Source: the human T2T-CHM13v2.0 reference genome, Homo sapiens. From it: DNA of 64,000 bases. The notes below the pieces were generated by a model. That model was not told where the DNA came from. It made no database searches and saw nothing but the letters and a program-made list of their open reading frames with translations. The number at the start of each line of letters is the position of its first letter. The first letter of the stretch is position 1. Both the position numbers and the translations under genes were made by a program. Location: assembly GCF_009914755.1 (NCBI RefSeq), contig NC_060926.1; one strand, written 5' to 3'. This document shows positions 59,760-64,000 of this stretch, in pieces.

Positions 59760-59904
59760 AATAATTAGATATGATATTTGTGAAGCTACTGGATTTCAGC
59801 CATCGATAACTAATCCCATACTGTTCTGGCTAGCTTTCGTGCCTGTGAAGTATGCAGACAATACTGGAAATCCAATTGCCTCTACTTTTTTTCACATTGT
59901 TTTA

Positions 59905-60095
59905 ACAAATATTTTGTTATGTAAATTTTCAAATATTTGCAAAAGTATAATGAACTCCTCTACACTCCTCACCTCTGAGATTCAACAACAGTCAACATTT
60001 TGTCAAACTTGTTTCATTTTTTTCTTTCTTCCTCCAATCTTAATATAATTCCCATCTTACCATTCCATCCCTAAATCCTTCTGCATCCCTAAAAG
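59905..60095 (-). mobile_element. L1ME-like 3' fragment
   Basis: ttttgttatgtaaattttcaaatat...aaagtataatgaactcc...caacattttgtca. Confidence 0.5.
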
Positions 60096-60809
60096 TAGTA
60101 TTTGCCTTTCTCAACGCATTGGATTAACACCACTTAAACATAAATAGTAAGTGTCTTTCACTGATTCTTTGTCTGGGACTCCTTGTGATGCTAATTGGTG
60201 TTTCCCAGGCATGTTTTTATTTAAAAGTAAAATACACACCCACACTTGATAAACAAATGTGTTCATGTCATCTTGAAGAACCTGAATAGAACAGCGGATG
60301 TAGCCCCTGGTTAGGTGGATGGTGGCTAAGGGATCAGCCTGCATCATGCATGTGGAAAATGAATTGTCCCACAGCATTCTGGGTACATGTCCCTCCACTT
60401 CTCTTTTATTTCCTTAAATTAAATTAAAACCAGGTAGAATCCTGACAGCCCAGATTAGTAAATGGGGGTGTTTACAGTTTGGCATGCCATGTTTCCCTTG
60501 ATTTTCTTCTAGGACCCTGGATGAGTGGAGCTAACACTGTCCCAGGTGACACGTACATCTGCCTCTCACCTCCAAGTGTAGAGACACTACTGTCTGAGCA
60601 GCCCACACTTCCAGCTGCCCACATGTTTGTGGGTGTGATTCTCTGTGGCTCCACCTGGCCAGTCAGTCTGTTGTGCCTGCTCCTCAGTTCAGCGGTAGAG
60701 AAAGGATGATCCCACGCTAGAGGTGCCAGCTGTGATCAGGGTCCTCATTCTTCATATTACACCACAAGAACAGTCATCATTCCTAAGGCACGAACATGGA
60801 CTAGAGACT

Positions 60810-61168
60810 TGATATGATTTGGCTTTTTGTCCCCACCCAAATCTCATCTCAAATTGTAATTTCCATGTGTCAAGAGAGAGAACTGGTGGGAGATGATTGG
60901 ATCATGGGAGTGGTTTCCCCCATGCTGTTCTCATGATAGTGAATGAGTTCTTATGAGATCTGATGGTTTTATAAGGGGCTCTTCCCCTTTTGCTTCTTTT
61001 TCTGTCTCTCCTACCCCTTTGTGAAGAAGGTACCAGCTTCCCCTTCCACCATAATTGTAAGTTTCCTGAGGCCTTCCCAGCCATGTGGAACTGTGAGACT
61101 ATTAAACCTCTTTCCTTAATAAATTACCTAGTCTTGGGTAGTATAGCAGTGTGAAACAGACTAATACA
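60810..61168 (+). mobile_element. THE1 (THE1D-like) solo LTR
   Basis: TG...CA termini (tgatatgatttggct ... agactaataca) and perfect 5-bp TSD agact at 60805-60809 and 61169-61173. Confidence 0.93.
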
Positions 61169-62329
61169 AGACTCTCATAGCATTATTCCTGTGCTCTATT
61201 TTGAAACCAACTCAATATACAGACTCTATCTCTTTGAATCTAGCCTGGAGTTCCCTTTATTTAGATGTCATTTTATTTCTAGAGTCTCAAGGGCCTTCCT
61301 TGTCACTAAGGCTTGGTTGGAGAGCATATACTTCAGATTGCCTTGATTCCCCATGTTGGGATGTCAGCGGCCTGGCATATCAGCTTTTCTCTTCCAAATG
61401 CTACATATTTACACTGAAATGAACCCTCTTTCTATAATGAACATCTGCATAGCAGTGATCTTAGGGTATAATAGCCTGATTGGGTCACAGAATATTTTGT
61501 TACACTCTAACCCCAGGATGCTGGTTAACTACCTTTGCCTTGGATGTTCCTTTGCAGGACAAAAGAAATTGAGTTTCTTTACATTAAAATGGGACATGAT
61601 CACAGATATACTTACAAACAAAAGATTGAGATAATCCAGTACATTTAAAGAATACATAATTTAAAATACCCTGAGAGGAATATATCCCTTAGTGTATTTA
61701 TACTGAGAGATATATACCTCTCAGTGTATTTTAAATTATTTGTTCACATGAACAAATCATGTGTTCATTTTAAATTATGTGTACATACACACACACATAT
61801 ATAGATGTAAAATATCTTCACTTGTACACATAGTATGTGTTGCCTGGATGGTTAACTCTTCAGGGATTGCTTGGAGCTGAGTCCTATTCCTTTTGAACTC
61901 CCTGTGGGGCAGCTCATGGTCCAACCCTAATAAACCTTGGTGACTGACTGCCTTTGGTGGTCAGCTTGTTACCTTTGAAAGCCAGAGTAGCTCTTTGGTA
62001 ACTCAGATACAATCTTGTTACTTACAACAAATAGCTCTGAAAGACCCACTGCTTAATCTGTAGGCAGTGGTTGCTAAGCAGCTGAAAAGCTGTGCACTGA
62101 GGGTTAGGCCCCTTGCCCCCATCTTCTCCAAGTGCTTCCTTGCAGCCCTCATGACTTTCCTGCCGTCTCCTAAACCCACATCTCAGTACTCATGGTCGTT
62201 TCAAAACCCAGATGGAAACCTCCACTCCCCTTGCTAGAATGAGGATTTCCACTCCCCTTTCTAAAGTACAGGGCAGATCTGTCTCGCTATATGTCCTTCA
62301 GGTTAATATATGTCATCTAATTATATTAC

Positions 62330-62852
62330 CAATTTATTTTTTTACTGAAATTGTGTAATCTAAAGAATACAGTGTGATTTTTGATATACCTTGACTCAGT
62401 GAACTGGTTATGACAGTCAAGCTAATAACATATCTATCTCTTCACATAGTTACCTCTTTTTGTGTGTGTGGGGAGAACACTTAAGATCCACTCTCCTAGA
62501 AAAGTTCAAGTCCATGTTACAGTATTATTACCTATAGTCTCCATGCTGTACATTAGATCTCAAGAACTTATTCATATTGCACAAATACAGATTTATACCC
62601 ATTGAGCAATGTCTCCCGATTTGCCCCACCTCCTTAGCCCTGGTAGCCACCATGCTACTCTCTGATTCTATGAATTTCACTTGTTTTTAAACACCACATA
62701 TAAGCGAAATAGTGCAGAATTTTTCTTTCTGTGTCTGGCTTATTTCACTTAGCACAATGTCCTCTGGGTTCACTTATGTTGTTGAAAATGGCAAGATCTC
62801 CTTCTTTTTAAAGACTGAATGATGTTACATTGTATGTATATTAACAATTTCT
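62330..62852 (-). mobile_element. L1MA-type 3' fragment
   Basis: gtcaagctaataacatatc...tatagtctccatgctgtacattagatct...ggcttatttcacttagcacaatgtcc. Confidence 0.85.
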
Positions 62853-62933
62853 TGTTTCTATTTTTCTAAATTTTCATTGGAGCTAGACTACATGATTCTT
62901 TCAGGTTTCTCCAAATTAGGGCTATATTAGAAT

Positions 62934-63913
<980 letters not shown>

Positions 63914-64000
63914 GGATCATGAAAATAGAACAAAACAGCATTTCTCTGCCCCACTAGAATTGCTGCAAATATACTCCTCTTCAAATCTTACAGGTAGTTC

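Overview
This is primate (human or ape-like) non-coding genomic DNA, from an intron or gene desert; I could not identify the locus. I can support no host protein-coding exon, RNA gene or CRISPR array. All long ORFs are LINE-1 ORF1/ORF2 remnants or chance ORFs in Alu, simple-repeat and AT-rich DNA. Bases ~1.6-19.1 kb are one ancient, near full-length L1MB-type element (- strand) carrying nested insertions: two Alus, an internally deleted L1MC-like element, an MLT1 LTR, a near full-length but dead L1PA3/4-like element and an L1MA 3' fragment. The rest mixes Alus, MIR/L2, MaLR/ERV LTRs, hAT/Mariner DNA-transposon relics, short L1s and a few unique blocks that look like enhancers. I found no evidence for a novel biological system. 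The best second-look items are three short-range templated duplications (46-235 bp), a young 5'-inverted L1 that lacks its 3' end, poly(A) and TSD, an L1 with both termini and a TSD but no interior, several fold-back hairpins including an 84-nt near-perfect one, and an Alu insertion associated with a target deletion. Repeat subfamily names come from my recall of consensus sequences, not from a database search.
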